DNA of 60,319 bases, the filler included, from Hausera hauseri (lineage: Eukaryota), in NCBI GenBank assembly GCA_046269625.1. It is 11 parts of 11 records of this genome, joined end to end, with 100 filler letters (N's around TTAATTAATTAA, not from the genome) between each part and the next. Parts side by side here need not be neighbours in the genome. Positions count along the whole stretch, not along the records: positions 39,252 to 43,460 come from JBJURY010699659.1; positions 43,561 to 47,771 come from JBJURY010698437.1; positions 47,872 to 52,308 come from JBJURY010582112.1; 8 more parts are not named here. The stretch is one strand, 5' to 3'. The notes below the pieces were generated by a model, which saw only the letters and a program-made list of their open reading frames with translations, ran no database searches and was not told the origin of the DNA. How positions within the stretch are numbered: the first letter of the stretch is position 1; each line of letters opens with the position of its first letter. The position numbers and the translations under genes are program-made. Below, piece by piece: positions 40,740-52,408 of this stretch.

Positions 40740-43460
40740 GAAATTCGGCCATCCCGCATTTTGCTGCCCGCCCGTCGAGGCGGAGGTCCCGGCCGCCAAC
40801 CCTGCTCCGGTCGGTCGGACGGCAGCTTCGGCGTCGGCCCCACATTACGCCCCCAGACGCACCACTGCTGCAACTTCTATTTTCTTTTTTTAGCAATATA
40901 CATATCTACACCCTCAATACAACACATCTGCACATTCCCATTTTTCAGACATGTATTTCTTCCTTGCTTGGTTCTCCCAACTTTTACCTCACTTAAAACG
41001 GCGCTATCATACATCTCAACGGAACTCTACCTCCTTTCTCAAATCACACTTGCTTCAACATACATCTCCGTATCCGTGGTGGCATGAACACTTCGCCAAC
41101 CATTGACACCACGGATACAATTACCACCACAAAAAAGGCAATACCCATTCTCTACTATACCAGACCAAATCATCCACCTACTTCAACCGACTCAAATTCT
41201 TCAAACAAAAATCCTATAAATACTTCTCTACATTGCACTGATTACTTTATAGATAATGAAAAGTCCAGCAAAACGTGGCTCCACTTTCATCAACTTTGAT
41301 TACAGTCCAACGGTATCACAGACTTTTTATCCAAAGCCCATAGCCTACTTTATCTTCTCCCAAACTCCATAAAGGCCTCAATCCATAATTTACTGGACAT
41401 CTTTCAACACCCCGACCCTTATACCCAATTGTTCGACGCTGTATTAAAACAGACAGAACCATCAATTGACTCCATAATGCAAAGCTTCTTTAACGAAAAC
41501 GCATTGGGGCACAAAACCCAGTGACTTCCTACACACCTCTTTGGTTCACTTACGTACTCTCGGCGTCACTAAGGAGCACAACCCAGATCTCTTGCGCCAC
41601 TATTTTCTTAATGCGCTACCTATCCAAATTCGGGCCCTACTTACCGTGGTAGAGGACTCCACGCCGCTTGACAGATTGGCCGAATTAGCCGATAAGATAT
41701 ACGATGTCCTACAAGTAAATTCTCCACCAGCCGTTTCAGCAGCAGTTGCCGCTAACGATAATACATCTATAGAATAACAACTTAATCAGCTACGTGCTGA
41801 AAACATTGCACTATATGCAACAATCAACAACATCAATAACAAATTGAACGAATTATCTCTGTCTCGCCGAGGGGGTTTTGCCTCTGACCGCGCTCGTTCT
41901 GCATCTAAAAACCATCATCATTGCCTGCGCGTTCGTCGATCAGCTATTACCACAGCAGATTTAACACTAATGCTCAGAATTACTGCCTAGGGTGCAAGTT
42001 TTATAATAAGAATTTTTCCTCGGACACCGTTATTTGCATCTACTACCCAAGATTCAAAAATCAAGCTGGTAAATGTCTTCCAGGCTGCACTTTCAAATCC
42101 AATACGAATGACGGACGTACTGCCTTTTCTTCTAATATTTGTCCTAATTCACTCTTTCAAAAAAACTAAATTCGCCGCCAGCAGTCACGGAAAACTCTGG
42201 CAAAGGCACTCCTTTACATTCAGAATGCCGACACGTCTCTTTTTCTGTCTTTACTCTAAAGGCTGCAATCACTGCTCCTACAACGCAATCTGTTCACTTT
42301 CTCATCGATACAGGTGCAGCGATTTCTCTCCTACCACAAACCTTTTCTACACAAAATACTCCATTCAATATCAAATTCTTATACACTGCTTCGGGCCAAC
42401 CGCTGCACATTTCTGGCATGGCTAAATTATCTTTCACTTTACAAAATTTCTCTACATCTTTCCTCTGGACCTTCGCAGTCGCTAACGTCCAGTCGGCAAT
42501 TCTAGGATCTGACTTTCTTTCACATTATAATTTACTGGTTGACTGCAGTCAGCGATGTTTGAGGAACAGCACCACTGGCGACATTTCTGAACATGTAAAT
42601 AGCATTTCGACTACCGCGCAGTCAACCGGAATGCGGAAGTCAATCTTAAAAAAGTCTACAAATGATTCGATTTTTTAAAACAATAATTCCATTCGTAAAT
42701 TTTTAAATAATAATACTGACATTCAATCGAAGTTCAATGTTGATAATTGTGGTACTGCCACCAACGCTAACTCATTCGACAAAAATACCTCAGCCAACAC
42801 CATTTTCAATTCAACCATCTTACACCAAATACCACTTGACTGCACATCACTAAACAACTCACACATTGCATCTGCTACTACTCAAGCCATTTCACAACCT
42901 TCACCAAATCTGTCACAGTTACCTACAACTTTACAACAGTTCGTCAACACATCTTGTCCACGCGTACTTAAAAAAGACCGTTCCTTTACTCCCGCAAACA
43001 GCACTTTACACCATATAGTCACAGCACCAACGTCCAATACGCCAAAAGGTACGGCCTCTGCCATCTCGTCATAGACAGGCCGTAGAAGCCGAATTACTAG
43101 AGCTAGAACATTCCGGTATAGTACGTCGTTCCCAATATCCTTGGTCATCACCGTTATACGTTGTACAAAAAAAGGACGGTACTTTTAAACCATGCGGTGA
43201 CTACCGACAGCTGAATAACTTGACTATCATGGACGCATATCCTTTACCACTCATCGAGGATATCCTGCATCGTCTTAATTCAACCACCATCTATTCAACC
43301 ATTGATCTAGCTAAAGCATACCACCAAATACCGGTGGCACCCGAAGACATTGAAAAAACCGCAGTAACAACTCCTTTTGGCCTCTATGACTATCTGTTTA
43401 TGCCATTCGGTTTGCCGAATGCCGCACAAACTTTTTAGCGGCACATAGATTCAATTCTTT
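40740..43460 (+). mobile_element. UBL-Gag Gypsy (CsRN1 clade) copy 2: UBL-gag, -1 frameshift, protease, RT
   Basis: GC-rich leader, UBL, gag (LLRHYFLNALPIQIRALL..LDRLAELADKIY), CHCC x2, A-AAA-AAC at 42160-42166, intact FLIDTGA in the -1 frame, RT (YPLPLIEDIL..IDLAKAYHQIPV..KTAVTTPFGLY..MPFGL). Confidence 0.92.
40868..41083 (+). other. Ubiquitin-like domain in frame with Gag (copy 2)
   Basis: LQLLFSF...NFYLT*NGAII...TCFNIHLRIRGG followed by ATG at 41084; 72 codons. Confidence 0.75.
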
Positions 43461-43692
43461 NNNNNNNNNNNNNNNNNNNNNNNNNNNNNNNNNNNNNNNN
43501 NNNNTTAATTAATTAANNNNNNNNNNNNNNNNNNNNNNNNNNNNNNNNNNNNNNNNNNNNTTTAAACTTTTCTATGACTATTGATATAACATAAAAATTG
43601 GTATTGTTGATTTGTAAACAATATGCAATATTGTGACACACACACAAACATAAACAAAAATGGGCATCAATAAGAGGATTATTTAAACAAAT

Positions 43693-43888
43693 TTCTTATA
43701 AGCGGAACTAACATTTAAAAATACAAATTTTTTTTGTTCTTCTATTCAAAGTTCACTATATGCGGAGTTCTTATAAGCTGTTCGAAATAATATACTGAAC
43801 ATAAAGGGGGAAAACGGGAAATTAAAAATCTCTTCTTATAAGTTGAATGCTCTTTCATGTGGAGTTCTTATCAGTAGAGTCGACTGTA
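43693..43888. mobile_element. pogo/Tigger-like MITE end
   Basis: Repeated GTTCTTAT(A/C)AG submotifs ending in GAGTCGACTG-TA, the reverse complement of TA-CAGTCGACTC. Confidence 0.45.
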
Positions 43889-43892
43889 TATT

Positions 43893-44070
43893 AATTGAAG
43901 ACTATGTTAGGGTTTTGAATGAGGAAACTCTGATATCAAAAATGAGTTATATCAGCTTAAAATTGCATGAGGTAACATCTGCAGGGTTACTCAAAGTTAC
44001 GGTCAATCATATCGATGATCGGCGCCTTGTCCTCAAAGATGGGATATCAACAACATCTGATGGTTACTAA
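43893..44070 (+). pseudogene. pPolB C-terminal remnant
   Basis: LHEV....KVTVNHIDDRRLVLKDGISTTSDGY parallels the pPolB C-terminus at 24233-24475. Confidence 0.6.
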
Positions 44071-44151
44071 TTTGCTTCGTGAATATGTTGTGTTCGTTTA
44101 ATTATATAGTATAATTTTAATATTTTTCATTCTTAAAATTTTCTCAAGATA

Positions 44152-45378
44152 CGTGGTGCGTTAATAAGTATCCGACCTGAGGATGAAAGCAATTTCAGGA
44201 ACACGTAATTTTTATTACACAAAAAGGCAAACATATGGAGAGATCATTTCTCAGCATAAGTCCCATCTTTCTTCACACACTTCTGCCAACGAGCAACCAA
44301 CTTATCAAACGCTACTTTGAAGAAGTCCGGAGGGTGATCATCAAAGAAAGTCTCCACAGCGTCCCTCAAGTCGTCGTTGGACTGAAAGTTTTTCCCTCGA
44401 AAATGTTTCTTTAGGTGTCTAAAGAGCCAAACATCGGTCGGTGCCAAATCTGGACTGTATGGCGGGTGATCCTCAAGCGTCAGTCCTGCAGCTTCAATTG
44501 TAGTCCGAGAAACACCTGCCGTTTGTACTGGCTCACTGCCTTGCATGAACCATAGTGGCGTGTTCCTTTGCTTTCTTCTTTTATGCCTGGTGGTTTCAGC
44601 GAGCTGATTTTGACGCCGTTATCCACAAAGTCCGTGTGGATGACGCCCTTTTGGTCCAGATCACGGAAAGCATCATCACCCGTCTATAGCTTGTCCTTGT
44701 CCGCATCTTCAAAGACAGCTAGTATATGCTAAATTTGGTTTCATCCTCCGTCATTAAATTTGCCAGTAAAGTATCTCCATGTTGTTCATAAAGAGCCAAG
44801 TTGTTTTGACAGATTTCCATTCGGTTTTGTATCATCTCACCAGAGAAGAAGTGGGGAACAAATCTAGAACATAGTTTTCTGATGCCAAGTGCATTCAGTT
44901 TTGCAGAGACTGTACCGAGGCTGATATTCAATCCGGTTGCCAGCGATCTTGTGGAGATTCGACGCTCTTCTTGCATGATTTTCTGCCATTTTTCATTCAC
45001 GGAGTTAAAAATTCTTCTCTGACGGCCTTCTCTTTCTTCATCAAATACCGAGGTGCGTCCACCTTTCAACTCTCTTACCCAATATTTTACAGTTGTTAGC
45101 GATGGGGCATCGCCCAGGTATGTCGACTGCAGAAGCTCAGATTTCGCTGCATGTTTTCTTCTGTAATATGAAAAACTTGATTACACTGCGGCATTCGATG
45201 TCTGAAATCATGACTAAGACGAAAATTCAAATTCCGCTGAAATATTTTTGCTACAGTGATAAAGTAAAACAAAACCAGTATTGAAAACCTAGACAGATAT
45301 AGGTGTTCTTGCAAAAAGTGTCAGGTCCTTAGCCACATTTTTTCCTTGTTAAGTCGGGTACTTATTGAACGCACCACA
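44152..45378 (-). mobile_element. Mariner (IS630/Tc1/mariner) transposon, near full length, decayed
   Basis: TIRs CGTGGTGCGTT(C)AATAAGTA(T/C)CCGAC at both ends and a TA site on the left. Transposase motifs GRTSVFDEEREGR, RKLCSRFVPH, MTEDET, HPPYSPDLAPTD. Confidence 0.93.
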
Positions 45379-45899
45379 CATGTTGTGGAACATACGGTTA
45401 ATGTATACAAAATGTGTATAATGTATACAGTATGCCATAATCATATAACTATACAATTAAATTTAGTTTCAGGATGTAAAATAAGTGAATGGCGATGAGC
45501 CCTATGACACAAAACACTATCTTTGGCATTTGAATCAAAAGAACCATTGTGCCTACGAGATCTGAATGGTACAGTGTGTCCAATAATGACCAGAAATTAA
45601 AAGGGAATAGATAATGTATAACGTTTATTACTGTACGAATAGAAAGTAAAACATACCTATGCAATTACTGCTCTACTTATGATCCATTATTTTCTCTACA
45701 CTTCTACCAAGGCTTTTTCAATTTGTGGAACCCAGTTTCGAATAAATTTTATGGAGGATAAAAGGACACAAGAAAAAGTACGAAAATTTATGAAAGCGGA
45801 AAATTTCCAGGAAGTATCCTTCAACGGAATGGAGGAAAGTTGGAACGATATGCAGATCTTCACGCTAGACGAATTGTATGTCGAACAGATATCATACAG

Positions 45900-47185
45900 G
45901 AAGTTTAATGGATGACCAGAAATCAAATTAAAGATACAAGATAGATGGGAAGATTGCTTATTGGACACAGGGGCCAGGGTAAACGTGATAAGCAAAAAGA
46001 TCGTGGATAAACTTTCAAACGCACAGATAGAGAAATCAGATACCACACTACGATGAGCGAACAATAGCCCCTTAGATTGACTAAGCACGCTTACAACAGA
46101 CGTAGAAATCAATGGTCCAATGAGACGTGTGTCATTTCTTGTAGTGTCGGAATTACGCCCAGAAATAATAGATGGCGTGGACCTGCAAAAGGCGTTTAGA
46201 ATAGAAATGGGATGGAAACGCAAGGAAATGGAAATACTACAGCATGGTATATGCAACCTGGAAGCTAAGTTCGACCGTAAAGTGAGTAACCAAGAACGAG
46301 TCAACAGGGCGAAGGAATCTCTTCAGGTGAGTGATAACAAAGAGCTGCTCAACATTATACAAATGTATCCAGAAGTATTAATGTCCGACAAGTGGGACAC
46401 AGGGTGCACATCTCTCATCAAACACCGAACAGATACGACATGAGCGCCGATTAATATCACATCTCACAGGCAACCAGTAAACCTAGAGAAATAAATCGAC
46501 GAGACCATCCGAAACATATGGTCAATCAACCTAGGGAATGCATATTATCAAGTCGAGTTAGAGGAGACTCCAAATTGAAGATGGCGTTTTCAACCAAATT
46601 AGGGCAGTTCTGTTTCAACAGGATGCCATTCGGTATAGAAACAGAACCGGGAACCTTGCAAGAACTAATGAATAAAGTACTATTGGACATTGAACAAACA
46701 GTGGTATACCTATATGATATACTAATCTTCTCTAAGACTCTAGAAGAGCATTATAGGATACTGGAAAAGGTATTGCAGCGGATCAGGCAAGCAGGTCTCA
46801 GTAAAACCCAGAGAAATGTCACATCTTCAAGAAAGGTGTAAAATTTTAGGGCACAGTGAATGACAAGGGGATACAGACAGACCCATCAAAACTGGAATCA
46901 ATTAAGTCCTTTGAGAGACCAAAATATGACAAGAATTTGAGAAGCTTCTTAGGGATCTGCAACTATTACAGAGGATTTATCAAAGGCTACGCAGCAAAGG
47001 CCAAGACATTGGAGCGACTATGCAGATTGAATAACAAGAAACTAATATGGAACGAGCAATGTAACGAGGCTTTCGAATCAATGAAAGGGGCCTTAGACAC
47101 ACTAGGCTTTACTGATTTCAACAGAGAATACATATCATGCAATCACACATCAAGCAGTGTGACCAGTATGGAAATTATGCTTTAA
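45900..47185 (+). pseudogene. pol: Gypsy pol (protease-RT), decayed
   Basis: CLLDTGARVNVI, FNRMPFGI, VYLYDILIFSKTLEEH, LRSFLGICNYYRGFI. Confidence 0.88.
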
Positions 47186-47926
47186 TTGGTTTCATACGAT
47201 GTTCTAACTTTCAGTGAAATAAAATCTTTAGACTGGCTGTGCGCAACTCAGTGGCAGCAAGCTACGCTGTCTTCATTAAGAGCCCTGATGTCAGGAGTGA
47301 AATGCAGAAAATGACTCCATGTAAAAGCAGAAATTGTATGCAACTGATTTCTGCCTCTTGTGCCCTATAGGTGGTTATTTGCTATTTGTGCTTGGAGCCG
47401 AGGAAACTGACAATACAGTCTGATCTTAATGAGTGAGTTTAATATAAAAACCCTAACACTGAGGAGCATGAGTCACGACTGATCTGTAATTTTTCTATTT
47501 CATTGCAGACCCGCTGCTCAGAAGCGCTTTTGAATGGCATTCATCAAAAGCCACTTTCCAGCTCTCTTGTACATGACACAAAGTGAGCCAGATCATGGTT
47601 TCTTTTTGCCTCAGTTCCCACAGTTAGTCATGAAGCTTCTCTATCCATCCATCTACAGTATACCAGTAGAGCAGATAGATGTATGGCCATCTTGGATTTT
47701 CATGTAGCAAGCCATTTTCAACAGGGCGACCTTTCTTATGCCTAGATGTAGACACTCACTAAAATGGACGTNNNNNNNNNNNNNNNNNNNNNNNNNNNNN
47801 NNNNNNNNNNNNNNNTTAATTAATTAANNNNNNNNNNNNNNNNNNNNNNNNNNNNNNNNNNNNNNNNNNNNGGTGAAATATATATAAAAGGATAAGTGGG
47901 ATGTATAAAGGAGAACAGGTTTTGAT

Positions 47927-48060
47927 TTCTTCTTCTTCTTCTTCTTCTTCTTCTTCTTCTGCTATCGTTCACGTTGATCTATTTCTGCAGATGAACTACA
48001 CAATGTTCTGGAGTTTATCATGGAGCCATATAGCATTGTGTCTAGCAGGTTTTGATTTAA
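47927..48060 (-). mobile_element. (GAA)n tail with probable LINE 3' end
   Basis: (TTC)n tract on + preceded on - by LYGS..-like coding remnant and GAACGATAGCA-GAAGAAGAA. Confidence 0.4.
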
Positions 48061-49440
48061 TTTTGTTAATGGAACATTATCAGTGGACATCAGATCAGTT
48101 CCGATAGCGATGCAAACGCCTTGTGTCAATGTTCCCAGCACAAGACACAAACTATACCACCAACGAGTGTCCACATATATTTTTAGTACGATTTTTATAA
48201 CATTAGTCGATGCAAGAACCACAACCTGTGGGTTTTTTTCCCGTATGGATCCTCAAATGCCCCGAGCTGTGAACCTTTGTGGTGAATCCTGAAAGAGGCT
48301 GATGTAGTCCTGAAAAAAGGTAAATTTGTGTGAGTACAAAAGCTTTCGTTCTGTCCCTGTGGCTTTCTACAAGGGTCTTCCTGGCAGTGGAGCAATGCGA
48401 GGCCTCCTAGAGTAGCTCCCACAATCTGCAGGGACATTGATTATCACACGGTTAACTAGAACGAATTGTTACCAGGTTTCATCACTGGGAGCCATCACGT
48501 GGTCTTGACGTGAAACATTCCATCTCTGATAGGAAAAAATGTTTGGTTATACCTACCCTGAAACCAAGGGCTAGCATTCCGCGAAAAAACGGGTGTCGAC
48601 AGCACAGATTTACTCATGAACGTCAGGGAAAGTGACATATGAACACATTGATTATTAGTGGCAGAGGAAATATAGCACTCATGTGGATGTTCTGTATGTA
48701 GTGATGCTCCTTACAGTCCCACGATGTCCTTGTTTCAGTCTGATTGTACATGGGTGGAATTTATTTATTATGTCTTTGTTTTTTGGACACCAGAAAGGGA
48801 TCGACCAAAATCAACGCGATGAAGGACAGTAGGTCTGAAGCAAAGAATAAGAAAAAACATACAGAAGAGGCTGGGGCACCATACAAAGAGGGGCTGCATA
48901 CCGAGAGGAAAGTGGAGAGTGTGTGTAGAAGCACTAAGGCGTAGTAGACAATTTACTATTACAGCCTCCAACCGAGGACTGGTGATAAAATGAAGGTAAG
49001 ACTGAAAATATTCGGATGTCTTACCAGGAGATTGAAACTGACAGGCACCGAAATTCAGTTTCTCTCTTTGTTTTTTTGGTGTGTCTCTTGATATTGTGTC
49101 TGATGAAGATCTTATGGTCGTAATTTTTAGTTTTTGTCGTTTTCAGTCTCCTGGTAAGACTTTCTAACAATGTTTATGTATTTTTTTTTCTCATATTAAC
49201 TCATTGTATATTGTTTCAGTATAGCAAATTTTTTTAAAGATAGTGTCCCTTTCCTTTGTCTTCAAAACAAACGATAGAAATGTGTTTACTTGGCAAAGAT
49301 GAATGACTACAATTGTGTAATTACGCTTCTTGCGATTTTCCTGTCACAAGTTATGTAGTTCCAACATAGTAATCAAGTTGACACTATTCCACTACAAGTT
49401 CAGTTATAAATATTAAATTAGAGTAATTAAAATAAACTTA

Positions 49441-50230
49441 CCATTAAGTATGATCGAGGAAACAGGTTGGGTAGGTGGTGGGTCATCATCATCATCGTCC
49501 AAATTTGCATCTTGATTAAGTTTGTTCATACCACCAGGTCTTCGAAAAACAGGACTGGAGACTACATCGTCTTGAATTAACGGGCTATTCAATTCTTTAA
49601 CACCACTCATCTCCAAATCTGATTTATTTGCATTTCTGTTCACTGAAACTGGTGTTCTAATTGAGTCCCTCGTGTGAACAATCTTTGTGGATGAATGTGG
49701 AGGAACAAACGAAGACTCGTTAAGACTTCCACTCTCCGATTCTCTGGCATGATGCACATCTGCCATTACTGTCAGAAGGTTACATTGCTTTTTATTGGAA
49801 AATAAAGTCTTTTTAGAACTAACCCTGTGTGTTTTCCCTGAAGATGGTGTCGAGAGATCTTCATCATTACGTCTTACTAGAAGGTTCCTAACTGCAGAAA
49901 TGGGATCTTTGTTGAATTCAATCTTCGCATCATTACTTTCCCTGTTACTGCAGTTGAAGAAATCATCTTCATTATCTGTCAACTCTAAAAATGTAGAATC
50001 ACTAGTCTGAAATCACTAGATTTTTATTTTCATTTGAAATGATTTTATGTCTACTATCGTCACTTGATTTATCACTACTTAAATATTCTAACTGAAAACT
50101 ATCAGTAGATTCTTTCCTGGTGTTTACTGCAACTTTGCTGTCTGGTTTACAACGTGATTTGGTATTAACATGCTTCAAATCTTTAGGTGTTATTCTTAGA
50201 TCATCTGGCATTTTTGTTGATACACTAATC
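49441..50230 (-). CDS. Exon(s) of an unidentified host gene, low complexity
   Basis: 189-aa ORF ending at a GTAAG donor near 49440, with an upstream ORF of similar composition. No recognisable domain. Confidence 0.4.
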
Positions 50231-50724
50231 TATATCAATGAAAAATATAATAAAAATAATTTAACACATACATCATCACAAAAACAAAGTACCCCCCAGA
50301 CATGTAATGGTTACAAAGTTCACTACAAAGAGTGTTAAATGTGAAACATAGCTATCAGCTGATTGTGATAGTCAACATAAATCATATATTTGATTTAAAA
50401 TAACAAAAAAGATATATATATAATACCAAACCTTTAGTAAATACAATTTTTTGTAAAATTATAATTTCAATAGATATACAAAATAGGGGGAAAACATTAA
50501 GTGCAGACTTGAAAAGCGGCAAAACTTAAAATCACTGTGCTTAAAAATTTTAACTGCACCATTTTTTTAAGTTTATGCATTACAATTTGTTTCAAATTTT
50601 GGGAACTTCCCACCTGAGATAAGCTGCATTTTACTAATAAATCAGTTTATAAATTTAAGCTAAACTTTATTACTAGCAAAAATCAGTAATTTCAAACAAT
50701 CCTATGAAAGAAAGTATAGAAAAT

Positions 50725-51595
50725 CTTCTACTTCAGCCAACGCCCGCCAGTGGCCTTTCAGCCATCCGACGCCGTGCCGCCTAGTACAAACAGGCTCGTC
50801 CTTCTCTGGTTGCCTCGCAAGTGACGTCCTTAAGGCCATCGCAGGATAATAGATGTTCCGCTGTTCCTTCACTATTGAGGCATAGGGGGCATGCAGGTGA
50901 GTCTGCCAGCCCAATTCGGTATAAATGCTTTTGAAGGAAGTCGTGGCCAGTTGCCATTCGGAAAGTTGCCACTGTCACGTCTTTCGGTAGGTCGTTTGGT
51001 ACTCTTGAGTTGACTATGTCATTCCAGGGCTTGCCTTCTGCAGCTCTTCTGCGCGCTCTTTTAACAGTTTCATTGAAGATGTTGTTGATGCTGCGACAGG
51101 CACTGTGATAGGAGGTCGGGGGGGTCGGTTGCTCCATCGTGCATCCTTGTTTAACCACGTTGTTCGCCCTTTCATTTCCCCAGATGTCGCAGTGACCTGG
51201 AACCCATTGAAGTGAGATGTCTGTTCGATCTTGCAGCAATTCTAATTGTCTGTCTGTTCGTTCTTGTTGTAATCTAATCTGACATGTGTTTATTTCTTTT
51301 CCATCTTGGGGGCTTGATGAGCAGATTGCCTGTATTGCCGACACGGAGTCTGACAAGAAGACCACTTTCTTCAGGACAGGGAGTTTGAGCAGCTCTCTGG
51401 TGGCTTCACTGATGGTACACACTTCTCCGTCGAAATTTGTGCCATTTTTCCCTACGGCCAAGGCTCCCTCCACTACAGTCGAGTAGTAACCCGCACCACT
51501 CGCCTGAGACATGGCGGACCCGTCTGTATATAAGTGTGTCCAGTCTTCAGGAGGATATCTGCTGTTTACCCTTGCTATGGTGTGTGCCTTGAGTT
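50725..51595 (-). mobile_element. 5'-truncated RNase H-containing non-LTR retrotransposon (I/Nimb-like) 3' end
   Basis: YPPEDWTHLYTDGS, NFDGEV, VFLSDS, QWVPGHCDIWGNERAN, TGHDFLQKHLYRIGLADSPACPLC..EHLLSC, and a short GAA-like tail. Confidence 0.9.
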
Positions 51596-52408
51596 GAACA
51601 GTATAGAAAATGCTTACAGAACAACACAAAAATAAAGTGTCCACTCAGTGCAGCAGCATTTTTGACAAGATTTGGAACGGGATGACTTGAACTGGACAGT
51701 CACCAGAGACGAGACATGGGTGTCACATGCAATCCCTGAAACAAAACAACAATCCTTGAAGTGAAAGCACAACTCATTTCTAACTAAAACATTCAAGAAA
51801 TTGTATCATTTTATGCAGTAATAAAAACTAACTTTTGATGATTTCAATCATCTTCTTCAGCCTCGTTGATTACTGGGGCTGTACTCCCAGTATTCGATGA
51901 GGCTGAAAATGATTCCGATCATTGAAAGATCTCCCAATTATAGAGTATAAGTTTTTATTGCTACAGAAATATATATACAGTAATGTTACTGTGAAGTTTA
52001 CAGTCCATGGAATTCAAACAACTGTCTTTTAATCGCGTTAGACACTGAAAATATTTGGCTTCTAGTTTCCAAAGAAAAATAAAATCAACAGTAATATTAT
52101 GGAGTCGTACAAACGTTTATAAGTAAATTCCACACCTTAATTACATGGTATGTAAACATAGAAAAGTTTATGCTAGTCCGTAATATATTTGCTTTCGATT
52201 TTATTTGTGTCATACATGATGGACAAATATGTCAACAATTATAAAAATATCATTTTCATATTTGTAGTTTGACTGTTACTTAGTTACCATTTGTGAGTGC
52301 CTGTTACCNNNNNNNNNNNNNNNNNNNNNNNNNNNNNNNNNNNNNNNNNNNNTTAATTAATTAANNNNNNNNNNNNNNNNNNNNNNNNNNNNNNNNNNNN
52401 NNNNNNNN

